A stretch of DNA of 64,000 bases from Leptospiraceae bacterium (GCA_040217195.1 JAVJNR010000005.1:553669-617668); one strand, 5' to 3'; positions 51,777-62,340 are shown, counted from the first letter of the stretch. Made by a program: numbers and translations. Notes: a model not told the origin generated them from the letters alone.

Positions 51777-51896
51777 TTCAGTCCTGACTCCATTAATACG
51801 ACGAAACCAAAGGCTCTTTTCTACACGGCACGACTCTGACAGTGCACTGTAAGATTGCAACAATCCGACGCAAGGAGATTCCCGGACGGAATTTAG

Positions 51897-52673
51897 TCAC
51901 AAAGCGGGAAAATAAAGACTGGAAAATAGATCATTTAGATCCCGTTTGCCAGCCAGATAGGCTTTCACGGCCGATTTATGGGGTGAATTCTGAAATGCAG
52001 GCCTCTTTTCCGCAGCAAAGTGAAGAAGTATATCATGGCTTCGATCCGGGTTTCGGTCCGGTCCGGGAAGGTAATAATGCCGGGCCAGTAATATAAAAGT
52101 ATCATCGGCCAGATCCGACTCCGGATATCGGTCCAGCAGATCATAGAACAATGTGGCCGATACATAGCTGTTTCCTCTGTTTTGCGCGTACCTACCTACC
52201 TGGTAGAGCAAGGCCGCCGCCTCCGGATCTCCAGGAAACTGATCGGGATAAACCAGCAGAAGATCCAGGGCCTCTGTGGATGCACCTGCATCCAGTAGCA
52301 GAAATCCAGCCGTTCGATAAAGAGCTGGCTGAAAGGCAGGCGAGGCGCCGGCCAGAAGCTCCCGGAACTGTGCATCGGCCCCCTTCTCTTTTATTCTCAT
52401 TTCCAGAAGAGCCAGTCGAGCCTGGTCTGCCTCTTCACTATCCTGGGAAAGTGCTTCATTAAAATATTGCAGCGCAAGTTCCCTGTGACCCAGGGAACGG
52501 TGCATTACTCCCTGCCTGTAGGCTGATACCTGCGCTCCCTGCTCGGCTTGCAGAGAATTAGACAGGACAGAAATGAACAGAGCCAATGCTACCAGTGCAG
52601 GACCGGGTAGAATCCTGCCTATTTCGATTCCCGTTCTTCTTAACGGAGTAGAACTGTGTATTTCAGGAGGCAT
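51897..52673 (-). CDS. Exported TPR protein
   Basis: Signal/TM segment; TPR-like helices (YPDQFPG, RYPESDLADD). Confidence 0.75.
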   Translation of the reverse strand: MPPEIHSSTPLRRTGIEIGRILPGPALVALALFISVLSNSLQAEQGAQVSAYRQGVMHRSLGHRELALQYFNEALSQDSEEADQARLALLEMRIKEKGADAQFRELLAGASPAFQPALYRTAGFLLLDAGASTEALDLLLVYPDQFPGDPEAAALLYQVGRYAQNRGNSYVSATLFYDLLDRYPESDLADDTFILLARHYYLPGPDRNPDRSHDILLHFAAEKRPAFQNSPHKSAVKAYLAGKRDLNDLFSSLYFPAL

Positions 52674-53320
52674 TAATTCTGAGATTTCTCAGGAAGCAGC
52701 TGCATATCCTGAAACCCGCCTTCATCTGTATTGTCCCGGTTCTGGTCGTTGTTTTGCGACCGGGGCTGAACCGGTTTTTCTGATTGGGGCGCCTGCCTTG
52801 TTCTTGTAGATTCGTTGGACCGCTCCATGGTCCGATCCGGCTCGGAAATCATAGGTGGTTCCGCATCCCTGTCAGGGGCCCTGTATTCTGGTTCATTTCG
52901 TCTGGGAAAAATAATCTCATCGCTTTCTCCCAGGAAGGGCGGTAGAGTTTCCGAATCTGGATTGGGATCCCGTTCCTTTAGATCTGCAGATCCAGGCAAT
53001 GTGGTAACATCTTTGCGCGGCTCTGGAAGAGGAAGATTATCTATAGCCGAGTTCTCGGGTAAAATTTGATCCGGATCCGGCAACTGAATCTCCGCAGCGT
53101 TGTTTCGATTCTCCTCTCTAACTATCTGCTCTTTGATTCTAGATAGCTGCAGGTCCTGTCCATCCTGAGGGGCTTCGGACTGACCGACAATGCAGGCCCG
53201 GTAGGAAATGGCGCCGGCCACCAGAACCCAGACCCCTATGAATCCCAGTCGAATGCTTCGAGCCAATTTCTCCGGCATGGAGTGAAATAGTTGATCAATC
53301 CATTTAAATACAGTCTGCAC
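52673..53320 (-). CDS. Hypothetical single-pass membrane protein with disordered C-terminus
   Basis: One TM helix then a P/D/E-rich tail; stop overlaps the next start. Confidence 0.7.
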   Translation of the reverse strand: MQTVFKWIDQLFHSMPEKLARSIRLGFIGVWVLVAGAISYRACIVGQSEAPQDGQDLQLSRIKEQIVREENRNNAAEIQLPDPDQILPENSAIDNLPLPEPRKDVTTLPGSADLKERDPNPDSETLPPFLGESDEIIFPRRNEPEYRAPDRDAEPPMISEPDRTMERSNESTRTRQAPQSEKPVQPRSQNNDQNRDNTDEGGFQDMQLLPEKSQN

Positions 53321-53368
53321 TATGTTCAGTATCGCACCATTTGCGCAGCATACCGAGAAAAAAAATGA

Positions 53369-54511
53369 CTATTTAGCCGGTTGCGCCTGCTCCAGCAAAA
53401 AGCCAGTAATAGAGGGATAACAGTCAATGGATAGATGGCTGGCATCGTAGTAGTGCTGACAATTCGTTGCCCGGGCTGTATTCAAGTCAGCCGTGGACAA
53501 TCCGTACCGCTGGGCCAGACGGCTCACTCGCGTCCACAGGAAGGATACCTTATCCTCTTTTTGATAAACCTCGCGCAAATAGGGATTCACCCGTGGCCAG
53601 AATACCACTGCTGGTATGTTGGCTTCATCGATGAGGCGCATGGTACGCTCCAGGTAGAACATCTGCTCTTCGGATACCGTAAAGGCTTTGAGATAAAGTG
53701 ACACCAGGGTTTCGGTCTCTTTTTTCAGATCCTCAGGACTCATTACACCGAACCATCCGTACTGGGCTCCACCCAGTTGATCCAGTACATCGATTTGCGG
53801 CGATGTGTGAAAATCATATATAGAAAGGTTCTCCGAACTGGCCTGCGCAAGAGAGAGATATTGCGCTCTTTGGGCATCGCTCAATTCCTTTCCCTGCAAA
53901 AAAGGCTGAAGTTTGGCCAGGGGATCTTTCGAGGAAAGACTGCCACGTATGCGACGAATTAAAGTGCGAATGGAAAACTGCATTCCAACGATGGCAAATC
54001 GCCGGCTATTCGCATAAGTATCCAGGTCATGGTCCGGAATCTGGGTATGATAGCTTTTAATGAATTCTGTATCAACCCCATAATTCAGGACTGGACTGGC
54101 AAAAATCCCTGCATTTCTTCCCAGGGCATCCGGCGAAAGTCCCAGAATTATCGCATCTGGTTTCCGGTCCGACTGCAATATTCGTTCAAGAATAAATAGA
54201 TGATAGGCAGGCACTGCCTGGGGCCCGGCAAAGTTCCAAATCTTTACATCGGTTTTTCCGGCCAGCTCAGCCATGGAAGTGCCAATGCCAAAACTTCGGG
54301 AATCGCCCAGCACCACAACGGTACGCTCCCTCGGTTCTTGCTCCATGTACTTTCTGTATAATTCCAGCTGATGGATACGATGTCTGTAGTACACCATTCC
54401 GCCGGGCTGCATGAAGCTATCGCGCACTTCCGGAATCAGAAATAGCTTATCCACCGCAAATAAAAGTGCAATGCTCCCGATAAGAATGTACAATGGCTTG
54501 AGGTTTTTCAT
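53369..54511 (-). CDS. DUF1574 / SGNH-like (DltD/AlgJ-type) protein
   Basis: VVLGDSRS and C-terminal YYDASHL (DxxH); directly after an MBOAT gene. Confidence 0.82.
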   Translation of the reverse strand: MKNLKPLYILIGSIALLFAVDKLFLIPEVRDSFMQPGGMVYYRHRIHQLELYRKYMEQEPRERTVVVLGDSRSFGIGTSMAELAGKTDVKIWNFAGPQAVPAYHLFILERILQSDRKPDAIILGLSPDALGRNAGIFASPVLNYGVDTEFIKSYHTQIPDHDLDTYANSRRFAIVGMQFSIRTLIRRIRGSLSSKDPLAKLQPFLQGKELSDAQRAQYLSLAQASSENLSIYDFHTSPQIDVLDQLGGAQYGWFGVMSPEDLKKETETLVSLYLKAFTVSEEQMFYLERTMRLIDEANIPAVVFWPRVNPYLREVYQKEDKVSFLWTRVSRLAQRYGLSTADLNTARATNCQHYYDASHLSIDCYPSITGFLLEQAQPAK

Positions 54512-54536
54512 ACAGTTCTCTTATCTCAATTCCTGA

Positions 54537-55961
54537 TCAAAACTGGAAGTAAAAGAAGTCCTTACCAGGACCGGCAAACTGAGTCATGGCCAGAACCAGA
54601 GCAACTCCGCCTGCTGGCAGCAACCATCTATCATGCTTTCGCAGCCCTTTGAAGAACTCGGGCCATTCATCCACCAGATGAAAGAATAGAGCACCCAGGA
54701 TTCCATATCCCAGGATATTGAAGTTCGCAGGAATCTCTCCCCTGAATTGAAAGGCGAACATTTGTAGCAATGCGCTACTGCACCAGTCCAGGCCCTTTCC
54801 AAAGAAGAATACTGTACTGGGCAAAAAGATCAAATAACTGATTACGATGCGAAGAGCCCGGCCGTGCAGAGAATCGGGCCATTCCTTCCATCCGCGACGG
54901 AAAGCAAAGGATTCCGCAGACAGGATTACACCGGTCAGAATTCCCCATAACACAAAGGTATAGCTGGCACCATGCCAGAGTCCGCCAATGAAGAATGTGA
55001 TGGTAAGATTGATGTAGTTGCGATATTCAGGAACGTGGCTGCCCCCCAGAGGGATGTAGATATAATCCCTGATCCAGCGTGAAAAGGTAAGATGCCATCT
55101 TCGCCAGAAATCGGACACTGAATGCATAAAGAGCGGCGCTTTGAAGTTAATCGGGATTTCAAACCCAAGGAGTAGACCGGTGCCCCTGGCAAGATCTGTA
55201 TAGGCTGAGAAATCCGCATATAGCATGGCAAGACAACCTATTGTATAAACCCAAATCAAATGCGATGGAAAACTGGATGGATCGCCGGTAAGAAATGGAA
55301 TCAATGCTCCGGTCATTTGATCCGCGATTAACATTTTCTTGGTTATGCCAGCAATGATAAGCCATGTTGCCCGCTCCGTCTGCTCTGCCGTAGGACTGGA
55401 AAAGCCACTCATCTTCTGAATCTGTGGTAGCAATTCAGAAGACCTCATGATAGGCCCGGCAATCAGTTGCGGGAAGAAGGATTTAAACAACAGCACCTCC
55501 TTAAAGCTGTGCTCGTTTGTATACTGGCCCCGGTAAATATCAATGCCATAAGACATGATTTGAAATGTGTAGAAGCTAATAGCCAGCGGAAGAAGTATTT
55601 CCTGCCCCTGAAGTCTATCGTGCATGCGAAGACTCTCTTCGCGTAACCAGTCCTGGCCTGAAAGAACTCCCAGAAAATCCAGAAGCAGATAGTAATATTT
55701 GAAAACTCCGATGTTTGCGACGTTACCTATTTGAAGAGAAACAAAAATCCATTTCTTGCGATGGATTTTGTAAAGTTCCATCACAACATAGTTCATGCCC
55801 ACTACAAACAATAGATGGAAGGTAAATACAAAGCTCCAGGTTGCGTAGAAGAACAGGGAAGATAGGATAAGCCAGTACATTCGGAATCGACCGGGCAAAA
55901 GCCAGTATACCAGCGCTACAACCAGAAAGAAGAGCAGAAACTCCTGTGTAACAAAAAGCAT
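54537..55961 (-). CDS. MBOAT family O-acyltransferase (AlgI/DltB-like)
   Basis: LPLAISFYTFQ, FFPQLIAGPIMR, YADFSAYTD, FWRRWH, GLWHGA. Confidence 0.95.
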   Translation of the reverse strand: MLFVTQEFLLFFLVVALVYWLLPGRFRMYWLILSSLFFYATWSFVFTFHLLFVVGMNYVVMELYKIHRKKWIFVSLQIGNVANIGVFKYYYLLLDFLGVLSGQDWLREESLRMHDRLQGQEILLPLAISFYTFQIMSYGIDIYRGQYTNEHSFKEVLLFKSFFPQLIAGPIMRSSELLPQIQKMSGFSSPTAEQTERATWLIIAGITKKMLIADQMTGALIPFLTGDPSSFPSHLIWVYTIGCLAMLYADFSAYTDLARGTGLLLGFEIPINFKAPLFMHSVSDFWRRWHLTFSRWIRDYIYIPLGGSHVPEYRNYINLTITFFIGGLWHGASYTFVLWGILTGVILSAESFAFRRGWKEWPDSLHGRALRIVISYLIFLPSTVFFFGKGLDWCSSALLQMFAFQFRGEIPANFNILGYGILGALFFHLVDEWPEFFKGLRKHDRWLLPAGGVALVLAMTQFAGPGKDFFYFQF

Positions 55962-57409
55962 TAACGTTCCTTTTTCCAGGGATCGAAATCCCCGAGTACC
56001 GGGTCACTTTTTTTCATTCCAAAGAGTTCTTCCGGCTCAAAGGGAAAACTCTCTCCTTCCTTCACGGGTCGGTTCTCCAGACTCAGAAATCCCACAGATA
56101 CCCGGTACAGATCCAGTACTTTTACTTCCAGAGCGGCAAACATCCTGCGAATCTGTCTCTTTCGACCTTCCGAAAGCACAACTTCCACAAGTTTCTTTTC
56201 CCGGTCCAGAATACCCACCCTCACCGCTCGGAGTAATTCTCCGTCATCGGGCACTCCTTTGTAAAAGCTTCGAGTTAATTCTTCCGCTTCCGGTAGCTCA
56301 TCCAGAGTTACCAGATAGCGTTTCGTCACTCGTCGAGCCGGATGCATCACCTGATTCAGAAACTCACCGTCATTCGATAGAATGATCAATCCTCTGGATT
56401 CCTGATCCAATCGGCCTGCGTATTTCAGACCGCGAAAATCTTCGGGCAATATTTCATAGATGGAGGGATTATCCGGAAAGCTACGAGCAGAAACAGCATA
56501 ACCTGCAGGTTTGTAAAAAGCTTGATAGATATGCCCCTCGGTAAACCGAACTCGCTTACCATCCAGAGTTACAAGATCTCCCGGTCCAACCTTAGTATCG
56601 AGAGCCTGGATGGTCTTTCCATTAACCTTAACTCTTCCAGATGTAACGTAATCTTCCACCTGTCGTCTTGAACCAAATCCGGCCCGGGCCAGATATCGAT
56701 TGATTCGCACCGGCTCCTCAAAAATAGACTCTGCATTCCATTCTGTTTTTTCTGATTTACCGGAAGTAAGTGCGGGCCCTTTCGCACCTTCCCATTCCAG
56801 CTCTTCAATGGCGCGATCCGCATCTGGCCGGGCAGGCAGAGCGACTTTTCTATCATGCTTGTGTTTAGTAATTCGACGACCGGATGGCAATCTGGAAGGT
56901 GCATTGATCAGAGGCTTTCGCTCACCTGGTTTCCTGGCTGGCCGTTTCCCGGCCGGGTCCGGCCTGAATACAGTCTCTTTCTTTTCGCCTGAATATCGTC
57001 CAGGTGGGCGCCCCGACCCTCGAGCCGAGGAAGGAGAAGACCTGTCCCGCGGTCGGTCCGAAAAGGTGGACCTGTTCTGGGAGTCGCGGCCGGGCCCTCC
57101 TTTCGAAGGACCGGATCGATAATCACGAGGTCCAGTGCGTCCGCTGCTCGAACTCTGGGATCTTTCTGTATTTCCGGGCTTTCCATAGTTCCGGGGCCCC
57201 GAGGGACGATCGTATTTTCTTGCTGTGGACGGTGGCTTTTCGAACTTCTTACTGCGATCGTTTCTTCGCTCTCCATCGTCGGAGCCAGGCGATACCCGAC
57301 GAGAGCTATTGCCCGATCGATTGGTCCGGTCAGGCCTTCCTCGGTTATTTCGCGAGGAATCGCCGCCGGGCTTGCGGCGGGGTCCCCCTCTGTTGCCTTC
57401 AGGACTCAT
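55961..57409 (-). CDS. rRNA pseudouridine synthase (RsuA/RluB/F family) with long disordered N-terminus
   Basis: S4 domain RINRYLARAGFGSRR; catalytic GRLD; EGRKRQIRRM. Confidence 0.93.
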   Translation of the reverse strand: MSPEGNRGGPRRKPGGDSSRNNRGRPDRTNRSGNSSRRVSPGSDDGERRNDRSKKFEKPPSTARKYDRPSGPRNYGKPGNTERSQSSSSGRTGPRDYRSGPSKGGPGRDSQNRSTFSDRPRDRSSPSSARGSGRPPGRYSGEKKETVFRPDPAGKRPARKPGERKPLINAPSRLPSGRRITKHKHDRKVALPARPDADRAIEELEWEGAKGPALTSGKSEKTEWNAESIFEEPVRINRYLARAGFGSRRQVEDYVTSGRVKVNGKTIQALDTKVGPGDLVTLDGKRVRFTEGHIYQAFYKPAGYAVSARSFPDNPSIYEILPEDFRGLKYAGRLDQESRGLIILSNDGEFLNQVMHPARRVTKRYLVTLDELPEAEELTRSFYKGVPDDGELLRAVRVGILDREKKLVEVVLSEGRKRQIRRMFAALEVKVLDLYRVSVGFLSLENRPVKEGESFPFEPEELFGMKKSDPVLGDFDPWKKER

Positions 57410-58152
57410 TCGGAAGACTCTTCTTCTTCTACTTCCAGGTATTCCTTTTCTTCCGGGGCCGGGCGAAAAACATAGCTAAAATTGTCAACGTTACTGAAGA
57501 TGCGATACTCCAGGCCTACCTTTCTAACTTCCAGTTCCTGGCCCATGCCGGTGGGAGCGGCAAGCTTTAGCTTAAGATCATCCGTTATTTCATATTTCCC
57601 GGAGCTTTCCAGACGATTTCCGTAGCTGTAGAAGAAGTACCCATTCTTGAAAACGATCTTACGATATCCGGTGGAACCATCCCCTTCAATTTCCCACCAG
57701 ATACCTGGAAGAATCTCCTCGATTTCTTTCTTTTTGCCCTGTACATTCTGAGCCATTTCTTGCTGCGAAAAGCTCAAGGAGGCTCCGAAGATCCAGCCTT
57801 CGATGCCACTATCCTGCCGAACCCTGTACCAGAAATCGGACACGCCATCAATGGTGTCCTGTTTGGCAGTTCTTTCTACAACAGTCAGCCTCTGGCCCGT
57901 GGGAGGAAAATCCACTTCCGATGCAATTACAATTGGATCGGTACGGAGTATAGCCTGATCGCCGGAGATGTAGGCATATCTGGGACCGCCACCGGTATCT
58001 GCATCCAGATAAACAGTCTTTTTGTCAGCACAGGAACTGGTGATTAGAAGTAGAGAAAGGAAAGCAACCGAAACAAAGCCGGTCCGAATTGGGCCGGCTA
58101 ATTGGAAGGAGAAACAGGACAGAAATATGGCCAGGGGTTTACCCCGGCCCAA
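57406..58152 (-). CDS. SH3b domain lipoprotein
   Basis: Lipobox LITSSC; WYRVR...EGWIFGASL; probable TTG start 58152 just after the HEAT gene stop, with AAGGGA RBS. Confidence 0.75.
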   Translation of the reverse strand: MGRGKPLAIFLSCFSFQLAGPIRTGFVSVAFLSLLLITSSCADKKTVYLDADTGGGPRYAYISGDQAILRTDPIVIASEVDFPPTGQRLTVVERTAKQDTIDGVSDFWYRVRQDSGIEGWIFGASLSFSQQEMAQNVQGKKKEIEEILPGIWWEIEGDGSTGYRKIVFKNGYFFYSYGNRLESSGKYEITDDLKLKLAAPTGMGQELEVRKVGLEYRIFSNVDNFSYVFRPAPEEKEYLEVEEEESSE

Positions 58153-58159
58153 TTTTCCC

Positions 58160-59278
58160 TTAATTGCGGGGGCGAACCGGTCTTCCGTAAGTCCAGACCC
58201 GGTTTGGGCCTGTGTCAAATTGCGGGTTGGGCGGAAATAGGTTATTATGCTCTGCATTTTCAATGGCCTGATCGATGACAGTTCGAACGAGTGTACTCTC
58301 TTCAAGCCTCCGGGCTTCAAAAAGCGGGGTAATAGACTCGCCCAGAGCCAGTTCACGCAATGCCTTTGCAGCTTCAAGCCTAACTCGAACATCGTCATCC
58401 TTCAACATTGTAAGGATTTCCTCGTAATATTTGGTCCGGGTATGGTCATTTAAGAAGATAGAAAAGGCGATTCTTATCCTGACGGCCGGCTCCTTTTCTT
58501 TCTGGAATGATCTTTCCAGGCCCTCAAGAGCAGCCAGAGATCCAATCTTGCCCAGAGCAAGAGCCGCCTCCTGGCGAATGGCCGGATACGGATGGTCCAG
58601 GAATGGAACGATTCGCTCCGCGCTTTCTTTTTGCCGGATTTTTCCCAGAGCAATAAAGATTTGCTGAAGCACATTTACATAGTTGTATCCCTGAATCCGG
58701 GCTCTGTGGTCTTCGGCCTTTAGATTCACTGCAGGCACAGATTTGAATTCATCGGCCACGCTCCAGTAAGTATCCGGACTGTATGGAAATGGCACTTCGG
58801 TACTGGCAAGGAATGGACCCGGCTCATCCTGCTGGATCAAGAATTCATGGCTTTCAGCGGAGCGCTTTTGACGAGCCGCCTCTACAGCCTTTCTCTTTTC
58901 TTCGATGATTGCATTTACCTTATCTGCAGCTTCAAGCAGATAGGAAACCCCGGCATCATTGCCAATCTGCCCCAGAGCCCAGGCAATATGCGCTTTTACC
59001 ATCGGGTCATTCGGAGCCGAATTTCGCAACGCTGGATCTTCCAGATCCTCGAGCAATTCTCGTCCCAGAGGTCGCACAAACTGGTGACGGGCCGGCGCTC
59101 CCATGTAATAAATAGCCAGGAGCTTTTGCTCCATAGTTCCAAAGTCCAGATCCTTCAGGGCCTGTTCGGATCGTTTAGCATAATATGCCTTGGCGTCGTC
59201 CTCCGCTCCGGCCCACAGTGGGCTGGTGGCCAGTACGACAGTAAGCCCGTAGGCCAGTAGCTTCGTGTATTTCATCAT
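58160..59278 (-). CDS. Exported HEAT-repeat protein
   Basis: Signal peptide; repeats IAWALGQIG, AALALGKIG, VRLEAAKAL. Confidence 0.85.
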   Translation of the reverse strand: MMKYTKLLAYGLTVVLATSPLWAGAEDDAKAYYAKRSEQALKDLDFGTMEQKLLAIYYMGAPARHQFVRPLGRELLEDLEDPALRNSAPNDPMVKAHIAWALGQIGNDAGVSYLLEAADKVNAIIEEKRKAVEAARQKRSAESHEFLIQQDEPGPFLASTEVPFPYSPDTYWSVADEFKSVPAVNLKAEDHRARIQGYNYVNVLQQIFIALGKIRQKESAERIVPFLDHPYPAIRQEAALALGKIGSLAALEGLERSFQKEKEPAVRIRIAFSIFLNDHTRTKYYEEILTMLKDDDVRVRLEAAKALRELALGESITPLFEARRLEESTLVRTVIDQAIENAEHNNLFPPNPQFDTGPNRVWTYGRPVRPRN

Positions 59279-59495
59279 TCCACTCCGTTGCGCTGAATCG
59301 GGCATCCCTGCCCCGTGACTGCCTCATAGTGCAGACACACTTTCTCCTTTTATCCCTCGGTCTTAGAGGAGCCTTTCTTAAAGGGAGAGGCAAGTAAAAA
59401 AGTAAAATCGGCTCCTCTGCAAACAGGAGGTTTGCCAGGCTCGAAGAGCCGATAGCTTTCAAACGGGAGCCAGGAACGCGAGCAAACGTCCAGGC

Positions 59496-60065
59496 CTACT
59501 TCTTCATGTCCCGAATCCAGCGGGCCATTTCATCCAGACGGGCAGACAGCTCTTCCATGTCCGGGACCTTATCTGGCTTATCGGAATCCTGCTCCCATTG
59601 GGACCGCAGAGCCCCTTTTCCTTCTTCGATGGTATCCCTCATTTTCTCCTGTTGTCGGGTGAGCTGATCCACCAGGGAGGTGAGATAGTCTTGCTTTTCC
59701 GATAATTGGAGCTCTCCCTTTTCCACCATCATCTGGACAATTTGCTCCAGCCTCTCACGAGTGAGATTGGCTACCCCGATACCGCCCTGAACAAGCCTGG
59801 AAAGGAAATCAGTTACATTGGTGGAAACCTCTCGGATGAGAGAGCTTAGAAGAAATGTGGCAAATTCCAGGTTCTGCTGTTCTGTGCTCACCTTTAGAAA
59901 GGTCTGACCCAGAACCCGGGTAGTTATGTCTTCTCCAGTGATGTTGTCCACCACGCGAACCTCTTCCCCTTCCTGGACGCATTTGGCCACGTCCTCCAGG
60001 GTAATGGTTTTGCTGGTCTCTGCATCGTAGAGCCGGCGATTCGCGTAACGCTTGATCAACCTCAT
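59496..60065 (-). CDS. PhaR-type (PHB accumulation regulator) DNA-binding protein with phasin-like C-terminus
   Basis: IKRYANRRLYD...ITLEDV...VVDNITGEDIT; C-terminal GIG..LTRERLEQIV..MVEKGEL. Confidence 0.85.
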   Translation of the reverse strand: MRLIKRYANRRLYDAETSKTITLEDVAKCVQEGEEVRVVDNITGEDITTRVLGQTFLKVSTEQQNLEFATFLLSSLIREVSTNVTDFLSRLVQGGIGVANLTRERLEQIVQMMVEKGELQLSEKQDYLTSLVDQLTRQQEKMRDTIEEGKGALRSQWEQDSDKPDKVPDMEELSARLDEMARWIRDMKK

Positions 60066-60376
60066 CGCTGTTTTTGCACTGCACAAAGCAGGCCATTTCA
60101 AGTCAAGAAGCAATTGAGTTTCGCCTTCAGTTTCCAGGATAGCCCCCCGAAGGCCAAAGTCCGACCATGGGAGCAAACCCGGTAGCTTGCTCGTCGAAAC
60201 CGCAGGGATTGGGCGCTGAATAAGACTACGAAATTTCCGGCCGGGCGGCCCCTGTAGCCTGGCAAAGCCAGGTGGGCTGTCTTAAGACAAACGTTATCGT
60301 AGACTGCATGTAACGGGCTCTTTCATCGTAATTTCGGTGGTCAGATTTCCCGGGGTTGATTCCACTGGCGGTAACT

Positions 60377-62011
60377 ATGGAACAAAATCTGCAGACCATT
60401 CGAAATCAATTTCAATCAAGCATAAAGAAAATCACCGAAAACCTTGCCAAACGCGCAGACGATGGCGGAAAGCTATCCATCGCCAAAATGGACGAAAATC
60501 AGCTGGTACATTACAACCTGGCCTACCATACAGCGGAATTCAATATCGCGGACTATTTCCTGAATTACTCCGAATCAAACGGAGAAATGGAAAAGGATAT
60601 GGCCTCAGCATTTATAGGTGAGGCTTTCAACCGATTCAGAGGAGAACTGGCAGGACGCGCCGAAGAGTATGGCCTCAGTCCAGAAGACATTTCTGGATTG
60701 TTCACTCAGGATTTGAACGATGCAATCCAGAAATCAGTGGAAAAAACCAAATACGATCGCATAGCCGAAAATGTAATCGCGGGCAATTATGGCAACCTTG
60801 GAACAGAGGACTACAATGAGATTCGCGATGTATACCGCAAGATCGCAGAGCAAACCGTAATGCCTCATGCAGAGCATGTGCATCGTCATGATGACTTTAT
60901 TCCAGATGAGATTCTAAACGAGCTTGTGAATAACGGAGCCTTTGGCCTATCCATTCCGGAGCAATATGGCGGACTGCTGGATATGCTCGGCAACGTAGGA
61001 ATGATGATAGTAACCGAGGAGCTTTCCCGGGGTGGACTTTCCATCGCTGGATCTTTGATTACTCGACCAGAGATTCTTTCCAAAGCAATCATCAAAGGCG
61101 GCACCGAGGAACAAAAAGAGAAATGGCTGGGAGCTCTTGCATCAGGCGAACGTATGGCCGGTGTGGCAGTAACTGAGCCAAACTTTGGTTCCGATGTTGC
61201 GGGAATGAAAGTAACTGCTGACAAAACCGATGGCGGCTGGGTGCTCAACGGAGTTAAGACCTGGTGTACATTCGCCGGATATGCAGATGTACTTCTGGTG
61301 CTGGCCAGAACCGAAAAGGACCCGGATTTAAAACACAAAGGACTATCCATCCTTCTGGCTGAAAAACCGCGTTCTAAAGATCATAAATTTGAAGTTAAGC
61401 AAGATGGTGGAGGTTCCATGACTGGATCTGCCATCGCAACCATCGGCTACCGAGGTATGCATAGCTTTGAAGTGAACTTCGACAATTACTTTGTCCCGGA
61501 TGAAAACCTCATCGGAGGCGAAGAAGGACGCGGTAAAGGCTTCTACCTTCAGATGGCTGGCTTTGCTGGCGGACGAGTTCAGACTGCTGCTAGAGCAAAC
61601 GGTGTCATGCAGGCAGCCATGGAAGCTGCTGCTCGGTATGCAAATGAGCGCAAAGTGTTCGGAAAGGAACTGAAAGAGTATCAGATCAATCGATGGAAAC
61701 TGGCCAAGATGGCTATGATCGTTCAGGCCTCCAGGCAGTATTCCTATCACGTGGCCGGCCTCATGGATGAAGGCAAAGGCAACATGGAAGCCACTCTGGT
61801 GAAATTCTATTCATCCAGAATCTCCGAATGGGTTACCCGAGAAGCCATGCAAATCCACGGCGGTATGGGTTACGCAGAAGAATACCCAGTATCGCGCTAT
61901 TTCGTGGATGCCCGAGTATTCTCCATCTTCGAAGGCGCAGAGGAAGTCATGGCATTGCGCGTTTGTGCGAGGGAGCTTTTACAGCAGGTCCTTCAAGGCG
62001 CGCCTGCATGA
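60377..62011 (+). CDS. Acyl-CoA dehydrogenase with N-terminal extension
   Basis: VAVTEPNFGSDVA, NGVKTWCT, AMQIHGGMGYAEEY, IFEGAEE. Confidence 0.95.
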   Translation: MEQNLQTIRNQFQSSIKKITENLAKRADDGGKLSIAKMDENQLVHYNLAYHTAEFNIADYFLNYSESNGEMEKDMASAFIGEAFNRFRGELAGRAEEYGLSPEDISGLFTQDLNDAIQKSVEKTKYDRIAENVIAGNYGNLGTEDYNEIRDVYRKIAEQTVMPHAEHVHRHDDFIPDEILNELVNNGAFGLSIPEQYGGLLDMLGNVGMMIVTEELSRGGLSIAGSLITRPEILSKAIIKGGTEEQKEKWLGALASGERMAGVAVTEPNFGSDVAGMKVTADKTDGGWVLNGVKTWCTFAGYADVLLVLARTEKDPDLKHKGLSILLAEKPRSKDHKFEVKQDGGGSMTGSAIATIGYRGMHSFEVNFDNYFVPDENLIGGEEGRGKGFYLQMAGFAGGRVQTAARANGVMQAAMEAAARYANERKVFGKELKEYQINRWKLAKMAMIVQASRQYSYHVAGLMDEGKGNMEATLVKFYSSRISEWVTREAMQIHGGMGYAEEYPVSRYFVDARVFSIFEGAEEVMALRVCARELLQQVLQGAPA

Positions 62012-62034
62012 TCTATTAAGCGCAATGCCACACG

Positions 62035-62340
62035 CTTTGCCGCAGGCAATGCGTAGCGATCACGAGGATCGCAAGGTCCGAAGGACCGAATTTTTCCTAA
62101 CGGGAGCCGGAATGCAGGATGTATTCCGGCGAGCGTAACTCTAATGTAAGCGCCAAATCCTCCTGTAGCGCTCTTCGCCGGTCTTTTCATTGACTCGCGC
62201 GGGCTCATCCAGCCCGCAGGGCGGTCTGTCCCTGTCTCGAACCTGCGAGGGCTCGCGGTCCGTGGCTCGCTACTGGATAAAAAGCTGAGGGACTGCTTCG
62301 CAGTTCCAGGAGCATACTGCCGCCCTCCGGTTGGCGCCAA
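62035..62340. repeat. Hairpin-rich intergenic element related to the 44.8-45.2 kb repeats
   Basis: ggtcc-GAA-ggacc (62075-62087); gccggaatgc-AGGAT-gtattccggc (62106-62130); reverse complement of 62252-62268 (GAGCCACGGACCGCGAG) matches 45118-45134 at 15/17 nt. Confidence 0.6.

Noticed and set aside
58153..58398. Long N-terminal extensions in the ORF track (also 30810-30869, 36849-37064, 47447-47560, 60066-60176, 63337-63435)
   Set aside because: Most overlap upstream genes, and downstream starts with an RBS, signal peptide or domain boundary fit better.
60170..60340. c-di-GMP-I riboswitch-like GCAAA motifs
   Set aside because: GCAAAC and GGCAAAGCC are present, but the P1/P2 arrangement with a GNRA loop and receptor is not.
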